The notes beneath the pieces are model-generated. The model was given only the letters and a program-made list of their open reading frames with translations, was not told the DNA's origin and made no database searches. Position numbers and translations under genes: made by a program. From Spirochaetota bacterium (lineage in GTDB: Bacteria; Spirochaetota; UBA4802; JAFGDQ01), in assembly GCA_034190085.1 (NCBI GenBank), contig JAXHTS010000055.1, positions 10,117-74,116 on the forward strand: DNA of 64,000 bases, in the 5' to 3' direction. Below are positions 62,318 to 64,000 of this stretch, one piece after another (position 1 is the stretch's first letter; each line of letters starts with the position of its first letter).

Positions 62318-62558
62318 AATATTGATTTACAGCTATAAATGTCAATATATATTAATAATATATCCCCAAGTGCTCATTTTTTTTCAACAACTATTTTTTA
62401 CAACATTTTAAATAGTATTAAAAAAGAGATAAAATATAACCATTACAGCAAAAAGCGATTCGAACCTCAACCACATTCATTGTTCTATTTGGGCTATGAT
62501 CTAATATATTAATATCATTCAGAATTAGAATTACTGACACCTTAGCTGCTAAATTACA

Positions 62559-63002
62559 CTATTTAACAAGTAAAGTGCCATCCTCGAGCAAAATGTCAAA
62601 TATATACGAATTTCTTGCCAAGTTTAACGGTGTATATATAACCAATTGCCCCTTATACTCAAAGAGGTCGCCTTTCTGTAGAGTCTTCAGGTATTCATCA
62701 TTACTTGTATAGATATATAAGCGGATATTAAGACTCACGGCATCACTATCAATAAGCACTATCCTATACTGCCTATTAAATCTCTGTAATACGTCGACTG
62801 ATTCAACAAATCCCTTGCCTCGAAAGAGCTTGTTAAGTTCATCGTCTAAGAAATAGTCTCGCTTAATTGGGATTATTTCTGCTAATTTAGAATAATACTC
62901 CTTGTTAAGCGCAACGGGTTCCGTTTTTTTATCATTATTCTGAGAGAATAATGATAAAGTCAGCATAAATAGTATTATTGTTGCACTTCCCAGAGACTTC
63001 AT
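62559..63002 (-). CDS. Hypothetical secreted protein
   Basis: Signal peptide (MKSLGSATIILFMLTLSLFSQ); no domain recognised. Confidence 0.45.
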   Translation of the reverse strand: MKSLGSATIILFMLTLSLFSQNNDKKTEPVALNKEYYSKLAEIIPIKRDYFLDDELNKLFRGKGFVESVDVLQRFNRQYRIVLIDSDAVSLNIRLYIYTSNDEYLKTLQKGDLFEYKGQLVIYTPLNLARNSYIFDILLEDGTLLVK

Positions 63003-63025
63003 ATTCCTATTGTTCCTCAAGATAA

Positions 63026-64000
63026 TTAGTTAAGCATATCCGATCCTAAATTGTTAATAAACTCTATTTTATATAACCTTGAGTCTCTATAAATAGCCAT
63101 TTGTATAATCCTGCATCTAGACTTATAAAATACATTGACAAATTTTTCAAGTGTAGAAACATCTATTTTATTCAAGGATATGACTGAATCACCCCGCTTT
63201 AAGCCATTCTGATAGGCTATCCCCATTGGAGATAGATATGAAACAACGACATCCCCGGTTTTTGCATTCTCATCAAGCTCAATACCATAGATGGAAAAGA
63301 GACGCTTGAGTCTTCTCTGAATATTCTGATGAATACTCTTTTCTCTAAGTATCAGACAAAAATCATATAGCTCCCCATCCCTTGAAGTAGTAATCTTCAG
63401 CTTGGCTCCAACAGGTTTATTCCCTACTGCCTTTATTAACTCCGCTATATTTAAAATTCTATCCCCATCAACCTCCTTTACAATATCACCCTTACATATT
63501 CCAGCCATATCAGCAGGAGAGCCCCTGATAACTGATATCACCTCAACAAAGCCATTGCCATGCGTATTATGTATTCTCCTATCTCTGGCTAAAAATCCAA
63601 GCCATCCCCTACGAACCCGTCCATATTTAATTAACTCATGACAAACCTGTTCAACAATATTTGATGGAATCGCAAAACTAATGCCCTGATAACCACCTGA
63701 AATTGTTCGTATTGCAGTGTTGATCCCCACCAATTTACCATACAGATTGACCAATGGTCCGCCTGAATTCCCTGGATTGATAGGGACATCAGTCTGAATA
63801 AAATCTTCAATATCAGCGAAGCCTATATCATTTCTACCTTTCGATGATACAATCCCAGAGGTGATAGACTGCCTCAACCCAAATGGACTCCCTATTGCTA
63901 GCACCCATTCTCCTTCTAATAGATTGGAGGAATCCTCAAAGACAATCGGGGTTATTGAAATATTTTCAACATCCTCTATTTTAAGCAAGGCTAAATCAGT
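63026..64000 (-). CDS. HtrA/DegP-family serine protease, C-terminal part (protease Ser motif plus PDZ domains); the N-terminus lies beyond the window
   Basis: Catalytic serine motif [20 protein letters not shown], followed by PDZ-like regions (GWLGF..., [21 protein letters not shown]). The ORF is open at the window edge. Confidence 0.75.
   Translation of the reverse strand, partial: TDLALLKIEDVENISITPIVFEDSSNLLEGEWVLAIGSPFGLRQSITSGIVSSKGRNDIGFADIEDFIQTDVPINPGNSGGPLVNLYGKLVGINTAIRTISGGYQGISFAIPSNIVEQVCHELIKYGRVRRGWLGFLARDRRIHNTHGNGFVEVISVIRGSPADMAGICKGDIVKEVDGDRILNIAELIKAVGNKPVGAKLKITTSRDGELYDFCLILREKSIHQNIQRRLKRLFSIYGIELDENAKTGDVVVSYLSPMGIAYQNGLKRGDSVISLNKIDVSTLEKFVNVFYKSRCRIIQMAIYRDSRLYKIEFINNLGSDMLN

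Noticed and set aside
1-64000. Mobile elements, CRISPR arrays, integrases, toxin-antitoxin or restriction-modification genes
   Set aside because: I recognised no transposase or integrase motifs, no direct-repeat/spacer arrays and no terminal inverted repeats flanking a gene cargo. The tandem array shows no evidence of mobility.

Overview
The window is a 64 kb chromosomal segment of an AT-rich (roughly 35-38% GC, judged by eye) bacterium with an anaerobic, possibly syntrophic gene set. I did not recognise any tRNA, rRNA, CRISPR array, IS element or transposase. All protein calls below come from reading motifs in the supplied six-frame translations; nothing was searched against a database.

Main content, in order along the window:
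- Housekeeping genes: the 5' end of hemA preceded by a HemX/CcsA-like membrane protein, a minimal SufB/D plus SufC Fe-S assembly pair, mfd, hflX, and the rpsF-ssb-rpsR-(YybS-like)-rplI-dnaB ribosomal/replication block.
- Acyl-CoA metabolism: a split methylmalonyl-CoA mutase (catalytic chain plus a separate B12-binding chain), an AMP-forming acyl-CoA ligase, a crotonase, three tandem family-III CoA-transferase paralogs, and two translationally coupled acyl-CoA dehydrogenases.
- Signalling: two tandem REC-PAS-HD-GYP response regulators, an HDOD protein overlapping an MBL-fold hydrolase, and an MCP.
- Redox: two adjacent lipoprotein multihaem c-type cytochromes with about 20 and 18-19 CxxCH sites, both built from a repeated dihaem module.

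The most unusual structure is a 7.4 kb, four-fold tandem array at 37.45-44.85 kb. Each unit encodes a ~475 aa secreted protein ending in ...VAF (outer-membrane beta-barrel-like, reminiscent of phosphate-selective OprO/P porins) followed at 13-20 nt by a 144 aa secreted protein resembling half of a PstS-type binding domain. The first large copy carries an in-frame TAG inside its signal peptide. The fourth large copy has no small partner and is followed by a perfect palindrome. Upstream of the array is a 1.7 kb stretch with no ORFs.
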